Below, piece by piece: positions 45,960 through 56,421 of a stretch of DNA of 57,647 nucleotides. The stretch covers positions 1 to 57,647 of the forward strand of contig CAWDXL010000019.1 in the NCBI GenBank assembly GCA_963806325.1, given 5' to 3'. The notes beneath the pieces were generated by a model. It saw nothing but the letters and a program-made list of their open reading frames with translations, did no database searches and was not told the origin of the DNA. How positions within the stretch are numbered: position 1 is the first letter of the stretch; each line of letters begins with the position of its first letter. The translations under genes and the position numbers were made by a program. The stretch comes from Candidatus Parcubacteria bacterium (lineage in GTDB: Bacteria; Patescibacteriota; Minisyncoccia; Phycocordibacterales; JAKAEA01).

Positions 45960-46520
45960 GTGAAAAATTTTTATCCAAATAAAAATTCAATACTTTTTGA
46001 TTTTATAGTAAAAATATGTTTTTTTGGCGTGTTGGCCGGGTTTACTTTTTTTGGATTACCTAATTTTTTTTCAATAAACACTATTATCGCAATAATATTT
46101 TTATTTTTATTGCTTCTAGTGCTTTCTTTATTTTCAAATATCGTAAAAACATATTACCTTGTTCGAAAAATACCAACATTAAGCATAGATTCAGAGGGTG
46201 TTTTATTACACTATATGTTTTCACCTGTGAAATCGAAAATAATATGGTCTGATATCGATTTGGTGGAAAAAGCCAGAGTTCCTTTTTATAAGAATATACA
46301 AATGTGTATAGTTATCAGACTAAAGGATCAGAAAAAATATAAAGTTAGAACTCCATTTTTCTTGGGTTCTTTTGCTCCTAAGGGTTTAGTGTATATCAAA
46401 AATAGCTATGTCTCTTCTATTGATGAGGTATTAGAATATCTCAAACAGTATCCAATTAATATCGTAGACCACACAGGCCCAGATTCTTTCTCGTTATTAA
46501 AAGCGTATTTTAAAAAATAA
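45960..46520 (+). CDS. AT-rich hypothetical membrane protein
   Basis: Two TM segments then a PH-like region; GTG 6 nt after TATACT. Confidence 0.6.
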   Translation: MKNFYPNKNSILFDFIVKICFFGVLAGFTFFGLPNFFSINTIIAIIFLFLLLLVLSLFSNIVKTYYLVRKIPTLSIDSEGVLLHYMFSPVKSKIIWSDIDLVEKARVPFYKNIQMCIVIRLKDQKKYKVRTPFFLGSFAPKGLVYIKNSYVSSIDEVLEYLKQYPINIVDHTGPDSFSLLKAYFKK

Positions 46521-46542
46521 TAACATTGTGATATCGCTGAGT

Positions 46543-46597
46543 AGAGGCTGGCTTTTATTAGGTAAAAAATATCGCCCATATCGGGGTATCGTGGAAA
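46543..46597 (+). repeat. Intergenic repeat, copy B
   Basis: AGAGGCTGGCTTTTATTAGGTAAAAAATATCGCCCATATCGGGGTATCGTGGAAA. Confidence 0.8.
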
Positions 46598-46703
46598 TTA
46601 CTTTTTAGTTTCACTTGCTCCTTTCAAAAACGGGTAATTTATTGTAGAGTTGTAATATTATGTATCAAGTTTTTCTTATTATTAATTGCCAACTAAAACA
46701 ACA

Positions 46704-48521
46704 ATGAAAAAATATATACTCATGCTGATCACTGGACTCGTGCTTGTGCCAGTGTTTGCGTTTGCTCAGATAGGGGATGTTAATCCAAATCCAACATCTT
46801 CCTGCGTTTCCATTACCCACAATCTCTCATATCGCTCACGGGATGTAGCAACAGGAGGGGATGTGTCTACACTCCAAGATTTTCTTGAATCACAAGGCTA
46901 CCTTCATTCTGATCCAACAGGTTACTTTGGTCTTCAGACTCAAGCTGCAGTGCAGGCATTCCAGTCAGCTCAGAATATTCTGAATAGCGGCTATGTCGGT
47001 CCTGTTACGAGAGCCGCCATCAATACGAGCAGCTGCGGGACGGCAACTACACCGGTTGCAGCCACGTCCACCACACCAACGACGCCTGTTATTCCTTCCG
47101 GATGGAACCCTTGTCCTATGGGTGCGTCATTCAATTCTGTGACAGGGGCGCCATGTGTTTCTACAAACCAAACTCAAACTTTAATTACTTCCATCTCACC
47201 AACTTCTGGTCCTATAGGCACGCAGGTAACCATTTACGGAAGCGGATTAAGCTCAAGCGACACCATAAACTTCAGTGAAAACGGTCAATTAAAAGAATCT
47301 TTCTATGGTAGTAAAACTATTCAGTCGGCCACAAGTAATCAAATCACATTTGCAATTCCGCTTCTTGCTATTGAAAATTTTCCTCCAGGTGTTTATCAGG
47401 TAACTGTATCAAATGGAAACGGAATGAGTGAACAGCTCGGTCAGTCAAATGCCGTCAGTTTCACAATGACTGGAAATACGGTTAGTGGATGTTTAAATGG
47501 TGCTGAGTTTGATTCTTCGACGGGGGCACCGTGCTCAAATAACCAAAATCAGCCCTCAATCACTGTTCTTTCACCAAACGGTGGGGAACAACTAACTCAA
47601 GGACAGACATATAACATAACGTGGCAGGAAAATGGGTTGAGTACTGTTAATATCTCATTAATAAACACTTCTAATCCTCAGTTTAATTATACGATTGCAA
47701 ACAATCTTACCGCTTCTTCTGATTCCTACTCCTGGACTATTCCATCTGAAATTGGTCCTGTTATACCAGGAAGTTCTTATAAAATATGGATCACGGGATC
47801 GACAGGAGTAGCTGGACAGGAAATTGTGTCCGACAACAGTCAGTCTACTTTCACTATTACCTCCCCAAACAGTATTGCAACTCGAACAGGAATGATTGAA
47901 AGTGCGACACTTGATCAAAATTCAATGACCGAATCTTCGGGTAACTTCTCTGTCACGGGTTCTGCTGTTGCTCACAGTATTACGGTGGAACTTATCAGCA
48001 CGAGCTATTCCGGCAGTACCGATTCAAATTCAACATCACAATATCTTAAAGACGGTAGTATATATCAGGCTGTAGAGGGTTCCGATGGTGCTAATTCCGA
48101 TATTCTCTCGAATGGTGGCCGTTGGAGTGTAAATTTCAATGGCGTGCCCGCAGGAACTTACCATGTGTATGTGTATAGTGGGGATGCATACAGTATTTGG
48201 CCACTTACGACTGGGACACTAACAGTGAGCGGTAACACAACTCAAACTTCAGCAACAATTCTTACTAGCACACAAGTCACTAATCTGACTCCATATATAA
48301 TAGGGACAGCAAGTGGAGTGAGTCAAATCAATGTTGCCTTGGTTGGTCAATATGGAGATTTGGTTTACCAAAGCGGTCCGATTGCAGTATTATCAAACGG
48401 AAGTTGGTCAGTAACCGTGTCGCCCGCTCTTGCTCTTGGTCAATACACAATTAATGTGTATGATGCAAATCATAATCAATTAACAAGTAAACCTTTAACT
48501 ATTATTGGACCAATGAATTAG
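46704..48521 (+). CDS. Secreted protein with N-terminal peptidoglycan-binding domain, IPT/TIG and Ig-like domains
   Basis: Signal peptide; DVSTLQDFL...TGYFG...FQ; SPTSGPIGT; SPNGGE. Confidence 0.8.
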   Translation: MKKYILMLITGLVLVPVFAFAQIGDVNPNPTSSCVSITHNLSYRSRDVATGGDVSTLQDFLESQGYLHSDPTGYFGLQTQAAVQAFQSAQNILNSGYVGPVTRAAINTSSCGTATTPVAATSTTPTTPVIPSGWNPCPMGASFNSVTGAPCVSTNQTQTLITSISPTSGPIGTQVTIYGSGLSSSDTINFSENGQLKESFYGSKTIQSATSNQITFAIPLLAIENFPPGVYQVTVSNGNGMSEQLGQSNAVSFTMTGNTVSGCLNGAEFDSSTGAPCSNNQNQPSITVLSPNGGEQLTQGQTYNITWQENGLSTVNISLINTSNPQFNYTIANNLTASSDSYSWTIPSEIGPVIPGSSYKIWITGSTGVAGQEIVSDNSQSTFTITSPNSIATRTGMIESATLDQNSMTESSGNFSVTGSAVAHSITVELISTSYSGSTDSNSTSQYLKDGSIYQAVEGSDGANSDILSNGGRWSVNFNGVPAGTYHVYVYSGDAYSIWPLTTGTLTVSGNTTQTSATILTSTQVTNLTPYIIGTASGVSQINVALVGQYGDLVYQSGPIAVLSNGSWSVTVSPALALGQYTINVYDANHNQLTSKPLTIIGPMN

Positions 48522-48686
48522 TTAAGGGACATCTAGACTAAAATATAAATAAAAAAGTTCGTAAACTGTTCTGGTATGGCTAATACCATGCCTAAAAATA
48601 ACGGTATTTTTCCTGTGCACCGCATTACCTCTTTTCCGAACTTTTTAGTATCTGCCCTTCAATAAAAATTAGTTTTGATAAATTAC

Positions 48687-48765
48687 AGAGGCTGGCTTTT
48701 GTGAGATAAAAAATATCGCCCATATCGTGGTATCGTGGGAAGTTGTTGTTTGATATACTTGAGTT
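48687..48765 (+). repeat. Intergenic repeat, copy C (with promoter)
   Basis: AGAGGCTGGCTTTT...AAAAAATATCGCCCATATCGTGGTATCGTGG...TGTTGTTTGATATACTTGAGTT. Confidence 0.8.
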
Positions 48766-48767
48766 AT

Positions 48768-51491
48768 ATGAAAAAATATCTTGCTGCTCTCAGTGCTGTT
48801 CTCGTTCTGGCAGTTTCATTTGGTGGAACACTCGGTCTTCTCAATATTCATAATTATTTAAATAGCAAGCAAGAGTTTGCTGCTGCCGCTGCAGCTACTC
48901 CAACCGGTAGTATCTGCTGCTTTGCGGTGTATGGTATTGATAATCCTGGTCAAAACGGTCGTCTTCAAGCCGATGCTCAGTATTGGCTTGACCATCAGAT
49001 AGGAAAATGTAGCGTAAATGAAATCTACCCAGAGGCGGGTTTTAATAGCGACCAATTAAAAGGTGTGTACAATTGTTCACGTGTATATGCCTACTATGCT
49101 GTACATGGTCCGATTTGTGCCAAAGTTGCTCAAGTGGCTCAGGTGTGTCTTGATTCATTTGGGGGCAATTTAAACTTTCAGGATAGTTCATGTCAGACAT
49201 TTAAGGATGTGCCAGCAGCTCAACAGTATATTTCTAGCCTTCAACGCCATCTCAAAAAAGGACAAACTGCTATCGTTACTGGCAATGAAACATATGGGCA
49301 TAACCCACAAGCATACACTATAGCTTCCTTGATCAAGTAACATTTTTTGTGACAGAAAAACAAACATCTCCTGTGATTGGAAATTGCAGTGCCGCAGGTT
49401 CGATGTGTGGACCGATAGGAGCATCGGTGCAGTGTCAGGATGGTGACAATCAAATAGTGACTCAAAATTGTTGTTCAGTCAGTAATTCAATTGCTTCCAT
49501 TAAAGGTGAAGATAATGGTGAATTTGCTGCTCCTGGATTATCCTGTGCAAATAATGGAAATCCTCAGGGAATGTGTACGGGTGATCCAACCGATTGGAAT
49601 TTCTACTATGGTCAGGAGTGTCCAGGCCAATGGTTAAATAATAGTGTTGAAAATGTTCCATCGCAACTGGTTCAAGCGTGTAATCCCGGAAGCCTCTGTC
49701 AATATACTTGTAAAGAGGGTTATAATTATGTACCAGCGACCGCAACTGATCCCGCGACATGTGTAGCAGGAAATACATGTTTAAATCCGCCTGACAACGC
49801 CTCCCTCTGTGATTTTGAAAATGGTGATAAAGGCTTAATAAATCCAATACAGAGTATTGTTGTTGATGATTGTGAAGAAGCGAATGCAATAGACAAATGT
49901 GTCTATACATGTGATTTTGGTTATCTACGGAAAGGGAATACGTGTGTATTGAATCCCGCCAACCCCCCAACACAATACGGCTGTTATCCGATGGTGGTCA
50001 CGGCCACAGTTGCCGATCCGCTTGCTGATGATCAACCTATGCCTAAGGTAAAGGTTGAACTCACCAATACCTCAGTAACACCGAACGATACGGTTGCCAG
50101 TACTACTGATTCGGATGGTAATGTTGTCTTCCAGAATTTGGCCATGCTCACGTTTGGTGATACCTATACGTTGACTGCTTTAACACCCGACAAAGTGAAG
50201 TATGAAGACTCGGATCCTGTCACTGTCGCTACAAATCTTACTACTCCAACCTATTCAGCCACCCTAGAACTCAACCCTGTCGCCGCTTCCATCACTAATG
50301 TCACCGTCAGCAAAAACTTCATTGCCAACAGTGGCAGCGCTGTCATGGCTGTTATTAAGTGGAAGACAAAAAACTTCATACCCGGTCAGACTGTCAATAT
50401 TGATCTCACCGATACCAACGACAACACCATCAAACCCATTGCATCTGGCATTCCATACGCAAATGACTATTCTTGGTTACCAGACCCGTCAATTCCTACT
50501 GGTCACTACGAGGTTGTAGTTTCATCGGCTACTGCAGCAAATCCCACCTTTAGCCACGTCTTTTCCATCACTACTTCAGGCATGCCGAATTTCGCACTTA
50601 CCACATCTCTCGTCCCTCCAGCAAGCGGAGCAACCTGCGTCACAAAAACACCGTTTACCATCACCCTGAGCGGTGTTGATCCGACGACAGGCAAACCAGC
50701 CTCATTTCCAAAGGGAGATAAATATGAAGCAACAATTTATCTTGACTACCAGACACTGCCAGTCATTACCGGAACCGTACTACCTAGAACTATTAAGGCT
50801 ACCCTAACGACTAATGCTTCAGGTGCAATCATCAATGGCATCACGCTTCCTCCTGGTGCTCACAATATGAGTGCCAACATTGTTGTCAAGGATGCAGCAG
50901 GAAATATTATTGGCACCTACTACTCCAACAATATCCAGCCATTCATGACGGTGGGGACGTGTACGCAGCCCATACCCACCTTTACTCTGACTGGAACACT
51001 ATTTACACCTCAGCCAATATGTGTCGAGAAGAATCCAATTACGGCAATAATTTCAGCTGCAAAGACGATCCCCGGATCATATAGCTATAATGCAGAACTC
51101 TTTGTCGATGGCAAAAATCAAAAAACATTATTCCTCCCGTTGCCCATTACCTTCAATGGATTTATAACAAGCCTATCGAATCCTGTCGCGACTCTTAACT
51201 TTAAATGGTGCCACCCAGAGCCTTGCCCTTACTCCCGGCTCGCACTATGTATACGCGCAGGTTAATATGAAAAACCTGACAACAGGAACCACTGCCACAT
51301 ATGTTACCAACACTCAAAGCGTATCAGTCGTGGCACCTCCTGTTGGCAGTCCGACTTGCAATCCGCCATCTACTCCACCGACCGATTATATTATTATTCC
51401 ACCACCACAGCTTGGCGGTGGCGATGGCGGTGGGCCATGTGGTCCTGATGGGGGGTTAATTTGGGGCGATGCATGTGAACAGTCTAATTAA
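48768..51491 (+). CDS. Large Cys-rich secreted surface protein, split by indels near 49320 and 51200
   Basis: N-terminal TM/signal; Cys-rich repeats (YTCKEGY, YTCDFGY); Thr-rich beta domains; Pro/Gly tail. Confidence 0.6.
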
Positions 51492-51601
51492 TTAGGGGAC
51501 TCAATTTGTGAATATTGGCAGTGGTAATCAAATTATCCTGATGCTTGCTCCTTAGTAGCGTTTATATTTAATGTTTTTTGGTGAATGGTATTTTTTCTGT
51601 G

Positions 51602-51674
51602 TGCACGCACTAGGACTCGAACCTAGGACCGGCCGTGTATAAGACGGCTGCTCTACCAACTGAGCTATGCGTGC
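51602..51674 (-). tRNA. tRNA-Ile (anticodon UAU), CCA not encoded
   Basis: GCACGCA acceptor; TAGCTCAGTTGGTAGAGC D-arm; GCCGT-CTTATAC-ACGGC anticodon arm; GGTTCGAGTCC T-arm. Confidence 0.9.
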
Positions 51675-51834
51675 AATATTGCACTCTGTTATCAGCCAAG
51701 ACAGCTATGCATGCAATAATGCAACTATAGCGAAAAAATGCCTATCTATCAATCTTTTTAAAAATTAAATTTACTCCTGACATATGCTGGTATATACTGG
51801 CAGCATACGGCTTAATTAATCAAAAATTCAAACT

Positions 51835-52602
51835 ATGAAATTATTACACTATATTATATACATCTTCTGTATTTTGTGCGGAGTTTCCATGCTTGTGCCG
51901 GTGCTTGTGGCTGCTGATGTAACAAGCACTTCTCCACTTGCTCCTGCAACCTACACATGTCTGACATTGAATACTCCGGTCGCTCAAGGCACATACAGTA
52001 ATGATGTTGCTGCGCTTCAGACTTTCCTTGATGCTAAGGGCTATCTTACCGTTTCACCGACTGGATATTTTGGCGGCCTCACGTTTGCAGCAGTAGAAAA
52101 ATTCCAGAGCGACAATAATGTTCCGCCAACAGGATATGTTGGCCCGCTCACAATGGCTGCTTTGAAATCGGTATCATGCGGTGTCGCTACCGCTGCGCTT
52201 CCAATAAAAATTACATCCCCTCAGGCACAGAGCATCCTTCTGCGCGGCACGCCCGAAGTATTTTCGTGGATGAGTGTTGCATCAACAACAGCCACATCTA
52301 CTCTTGCTCCTGTCGTGCCAAATCAATCGCTGTATGATATTGTTCTCGTCCCATCCCGTGCTCCGTGTGTAGCGACAAACACGGCATGTCCAAATTTTGT
52401 AATGGCCCCATATCCAATAGATGGAAATATATCTTCTCACGGAAATTATGGAATAAATTATTCGTGGACAGTTGGAAGTACAACGGGTACCCGGGTTATT
52501 CCTGCCGGACAATACTCGCTTGAAGTTTGTGTGGCCAATACTGTCATGTGTGCCACCAGCGATACGTTTTCACTTGTAGACTCCACAAGTACTCAGCAGT
52601 AA
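51835..52602 (+). CDS. Secreted peptidoglycan-binding domain protein
   Basis: Signal peptide; DVAALQTFL...TGYFG...FQ...TGYVGPLT. Confidence 0.8.
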   Translation: MKLLHYIIYIFCILCGVSMLVPVLVAADVTSTSPLAPATYTCLTLNTPVAQGTYSNDVAALQTFLDAKGYLTVSPTGYFGGLTFAAVEKFQSDNNVPPTGYVGPLTMAALKSVSCGVATAALPIKITSPQAQSILLRGTPEVFSWMSVASTTATSTLAPVVPNQSLYDIVLVPSRAPCVATNTACPNFVMAPYPIDGNISSHGNYGINYSWTVGSTTGTRVIPAGQYSLEVCVANTVMCATSDTFSLVDSTSTQQ

Positions 52603-52603
52603 T

Positions 52604-54807
52604 TTACTCAAAATGAATTTGATCATCTTCTTTTTCTATAATAGATTTCAAGAGAGGGTAATGGACAAGCTCTTGATCTGATTCAAGCAGCGTGCGTGCT
52701 TCAGTGCGTGCCGCTTCAACCATTTTCAAATTTTTCATTGCCTCCATCGCCAGGTCTGATACACCCCACTGCCGCCGGCCGTACAATTCTCCGGCGCCGC
52801 GCAGCTGCAAATCTGCCTCTGCTAATTCGAAACCATTTTTTGCCGTCTTGAGTGCTTTGAGCCGATCCATTGATTTTTCTGATTTTGTTTCCGAAAAAAT
52901 ATAGCAGTATGCCTGATGATGTGAACGGATAACGCGGCCGCGAAGCTGATGAAGCTGTGATAATCCAAATCTTTCCGCGCCCTCTATTATTATTACAGTA
53001 GCATTGGGAACATTGACGCCGACTTCTATCAATGAAGTTGCGACCAAAATCTGAATTTTATTGTCGGTAAAATCAGACATAATGTCTTCTTTGTCATTCG
53101 GTCGCATTTTGCCATGAATGATTGCGATTTCGTATTCGGGGAAAATATCTTTTTTTAATCGTTTCGCTTCTTCTTTTACGGATTTGGTATTTAACGCCTG
53201 TTCTTTTTCGGGATCAGGCTCGTCGATGCGCGGACAGATCACATATGCCTGTCTGCCGGCTCGCAATTCTTTGCGGATTTTTTCGTATGTCTCGGTTCTT
53301 TTTGTAGGAGGAATGATGTCGGTGATGATGGGTTTGCGGCCTGTTGGCATTTGGTCGAGGAGCGTGAGATCGAGATCGCCGAAAATGGTGAGCGCCAGCG
53401 TGCGGGGAATCGGCGTTGCGGTCATTGAAAGAAGATGGGGGATTCGGCCGTAGTTGTCGGCTTTGCGGGCGAGCAATTTTCGCTGCTTGGTGCCGAAGCG
53501 ATGCTGTTCGTCGATAATGACGTACGCCAGATGCTTAAACGCGACTGCTTTTTGAATGAGTGAATGAGTGCCGATCAAAATCGGAATCTCGCCATTCTTC
53601 ACCCACTTCAAAAGCTGTGTGCGGGAAATATCAGTCCAGCCCTGCGGATTGAATTTTGACGGAAATTTCTTGCAGCCGGATGAAGTAATGAGACCAATCG
53701 AAATGCCAAGATGGAAAAAATACTGAATGAATGATTCAAAATGCTGCTGCGCCAAAATTTCCGTCGGGCACATGTAGGCCACCTGAAGCGTGCCAAATTT
53801 TTGCGCAAATCCTGACGGGAATTTTTCCGAGGGCGGAAGCGTGGGGCGCGTAGTGACGGCGGCATAGGCTGTAGTCGCGGCGACAGCAGTTTTGCCCGAG
53901 CCGACATCTCCTTCGAGAAGCCGTGACATGGGCGTGCCGCGCTTAAAGTCATTAAAATGCCGGCGATGGCTTTTTGCTGAGCCCCCGTAAAAGCAAATGA
54001 AAATCGGGAAGTAAATTTTTCAATGTCTGCGGCATTTTTATCCATCACAAATGCCGGATTCTTCTCATTCTCGATGTGCTCACGCTGTTTGCGGAGTTGG
54101 ATCAAAAACACTTCCTCGAATGCAAAGCGCTTGCGGGCTGCCTCGCTGTCGGATGCTTTTTTTGGCGCATGAATCCAGATGAGCGCAGTTGTGAGCGTCG
54201 GAAGATTATACTTTTTGAGTACATTATCAGGGATTGGATCATGAAGCTGCTCCAAAATTTTGAGCGTGAATAATTTTTGCGCGGCATGGAAAAGCCACTT
54301 TGATGTTACTCCCTGAGTCTCGGAATAGACAGGGTAAAGAATCTGCTCGCCTCCTTCGTGAATGCCAAAAAGTGATGTACCGATTGTTTCCGGTGCCACC
54401 GATATTTTCTCAAATTCAGGATTTGATAAATAAAGTACACCCTGTTTGTCTTGCGAAACGGTGCCAGAAAATTTCGCGTACATATTTTCCTGGAGCATCT
54501 TGGCTACATATGGCTGATGAAACCATGCCGCGCGGATACTGCCTGTCGTGTCGGTAATCGTTGCTTTTGCCATCGGTACTTTTGTACGGAAACTTTTTTT
54601 GAGCTCGAGATTTGTGACTTGGCCGTAAATATTTGCCGTCTGCCCTTTTTCGAGATCTATAATATTTTTAAAATCAACAACATCCCCGTATCTTTGCGGG
54701 AAGTAGTAGAGCAAATTCTGAACTGTTTTTAGTCCAAGCTTGGCAAGACCCTTTTTTTGAATATCCGTGAGCCGGAATACCTCATCGATGCGCGTTTCGG
54801 GATTCAT
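52604..54807 (-). CDS. recG: ATP-dependent DNA helicase RecG (indel near 53950)
   Basis: GDVGSGKT, DEQHRFG, TATPIPRTL and QLHQLRGRV motifs; wedge domain in the upstream ORF. Confidence 0.95.
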
Positions 54808-54842
54808 TCCTGCATTATACCCAAAATCAAATGAAATAGAGC

Positions 54843-55673
54843 TTAAGAATGTATAAAATAATTATTTCTGGATTTTTTAATAAAACCCTCTCGTTCCAAA
54901 TCTTTAAGATTTTTCAAAATACTTTTCCGTGCGATCACTTTTATTTTTTCCGAAATCAGACAGACTTCAAGTTTTTTTAAAGATGCTCCATGGGTGTTTA
55001 GTGTTATGTTTCGTAGGAGAGCGGCTCTCATTTGCCTATTAGAACCGATAAACGAACTTTGTTTCACGTAGTGCCGGCTTTTTGTATTGAGGTTGCCGTG
55101 GATTTTTTTAAGATGAACGCCATAATCCATGAGCGCCCAATACCAATCTCTAGGATTATTCTGATCAAGTGTTTTTTCTACGTAGCTCAAAATTTCTTTG
55201 TCGTGAATCTGCCCGTGATCTTTCGGAAAAAAATGATGAATAAAAACTGTCCTGATATTGGTTTCAATAATAGGCAGTGGCTTGTTGAACGCGAATGCCA
55301 TGACAGCGCCGGCTGTATATGGCCCAATACCAGGAAGTTTCAGTAATTCCTCATAGTTTTCAGGAAGCGTTCCGCTGTGTTCCTTTGTTACAATCTCTGC
55401 CAAATGTTTCAGAGCGAGCGCACGCCTGTTGTAGCCGAGGCCTTGCCATGTGCGCAATATGTTTCCAAGCGGTGCCCGGGCGAGCGCTTTAAAAGTAGGG
55501 AAGAGAGCGAGCCATTCATTATATTTTATGATCACGCGCTCAGTCTGCGTCTGCTGAAGCATTATTTCCGAAACCAAAATTGCATAGGGATCGCGTGTTT
55601 CTCTCCATGGAAAAACTCTTTTATTTTTCGCGTAATAGGCATACACAAGCTGCTGGAATTTTTTTGTTGTCAT
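54843..55673 (-). CDS. mutY: A/G-specific adenine glycosylase, short form without Fe-S cysteines
   Basis: PWR, VSEIMLQQT, WQGLGYNRRA and LPGIGPYTA (HhH) motifs. Confidence 0.85.
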   Translation of the reverse strand: MTTKKFQQLVYAYYAKNKRVFPWRETRDPYAILVSEIMLQQTQTERVIIKYNEWLALFPTFKALARAPLGNILRTWQGLGYNRRALALKHLAEIVTKEHSGTLPENYEELLKLPGIGPYTAGAVMAFAFNKPLPIIETNIRTVFIHHFFPKDHGQIHDKEILSYVEKTLDQNNPRDWYWALMDYGVHLKKIHGNLNTKSRHYVKQSSFIGSNRQMRAALLRNITLNTHGASLKKLEVCLISEKIKVIARKSILKNLKDLEREGFIKKSRNNYFIHS

Positions 55674-55729
55674 GCGTGTAGAGATGATAGCTATTAGCGA
55701 TGTATTACTATAGCAGAATTTTGCATGAA

Positions 55730-55757
55730 AAAAGCCGCTTCACGTGAAGCGGCTTTT
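55730..55757. terminator. Perfect 28-bp palindrome / terminator
   Basis: AAAAGCCGCTTCAC|GTGAAGCGGCTTTT. Confidence 0.75.
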
Positions 55758-55787
55758 GGTCTGCGGTGAAAGAGAAAAGATTTTGCA

Positions 55788-56111
55788 TTACTGTGTAAAA
55801 CTTTTTCCATTCCACCAGAGGGTGACAGTGGGGTTGTCACCGAGAGTGATGGTGACAAATCTTCTTCCATCCGCCGTTGCCCCCGGCCGCACTGGGATAT
55901 GAACGTGAGAGTTTGCTGAAACGCTCCATGTTCTTCCGTCGTTTGTAACGACCGTGACCGCGTCTGGGCTGTCGTTTCTGATAGGTATAGCCAACTCCTC
56001 CGGCGCAGACATCCAATTACAATTCGTGCTGCAACTCGCTCCTTTGAGCGCTGCGCAAATAATAATCAGACCGACCACAATTGCCGAAAATTTGCCGAAA
56101 AATTCGTCCAT
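55788..56111 (-). CDS. Hypothetical membrane-anchored protein
   Basis: N-terminal TM; AAGGAG upstream; terminator downstream. Confidence 0.6.
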   Translation of the reverse strand: MDEFFGKFSAIVVGLIIICAALKGASCSTNCNWMSAPEELAIPIRNDSPDAVTVVTNDGRTWSVSANSHVHIPVRPGATADGRRFVTITLGDNPTVTLWWNGKSFTQ

Positions 56112-56273
56112 GGGAAGATCTCCTTTCTGTGTTTATTATAGCATTAAAAATGTCGGTAAGTCAAGTTTTGATTGTACCATATCTCGAAATATGACGTATC
56201 AGCAATCCAGTCATTTTCTATATTTGAAAATCACAGTTTTTGTGCTAAATTAGGAACGTTCTATAAATTTTTT

Positions 56274-56363
56274 GGAGACGTGGTGGAGTGGTCTAACATA
56301 CCTCTTTGCTAAAGAGGCAGGGGGTAATTCCCCTCGAGGGTTCGAATCCCTCCGTCTCCGCCA
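56274..56363 (+). tRNA. tRNA-Ser (anticodon GCU), CCA encoded
   Basis: GGAGACG/CGTCTCC acceptor; CCTCT-TTGCTAA-AGAGG anticodon arm; long variable arm; GGTTCGAATCC. Confidence 0.95.
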
Positions 56364-56421
56364 GGATTATTTAGTATCGGATGACGTCGAGGCCTATATT
56401 TATAGCCGTTTTTTTGAGGCA

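Noticed and set aside
45890-48765. Intergenic repeats as integron attC sites or IS ends
   Set aside because: No RYYYAAC/GTTRRRY-bounded hairpin, terminal inverted repeats, integrase or transposase in the window; kept only as an unexplained repeat.
2456-54807. Frameshifts in rpsJ, rplD, recG, the ATPase and several surface genes as programmed frameshifting or pseudogenisation
   Set aside because: They hit essential genes, are scattered and share no slippery motif; sequencing or assembly indels are the simplest explanation, pending read inspection.
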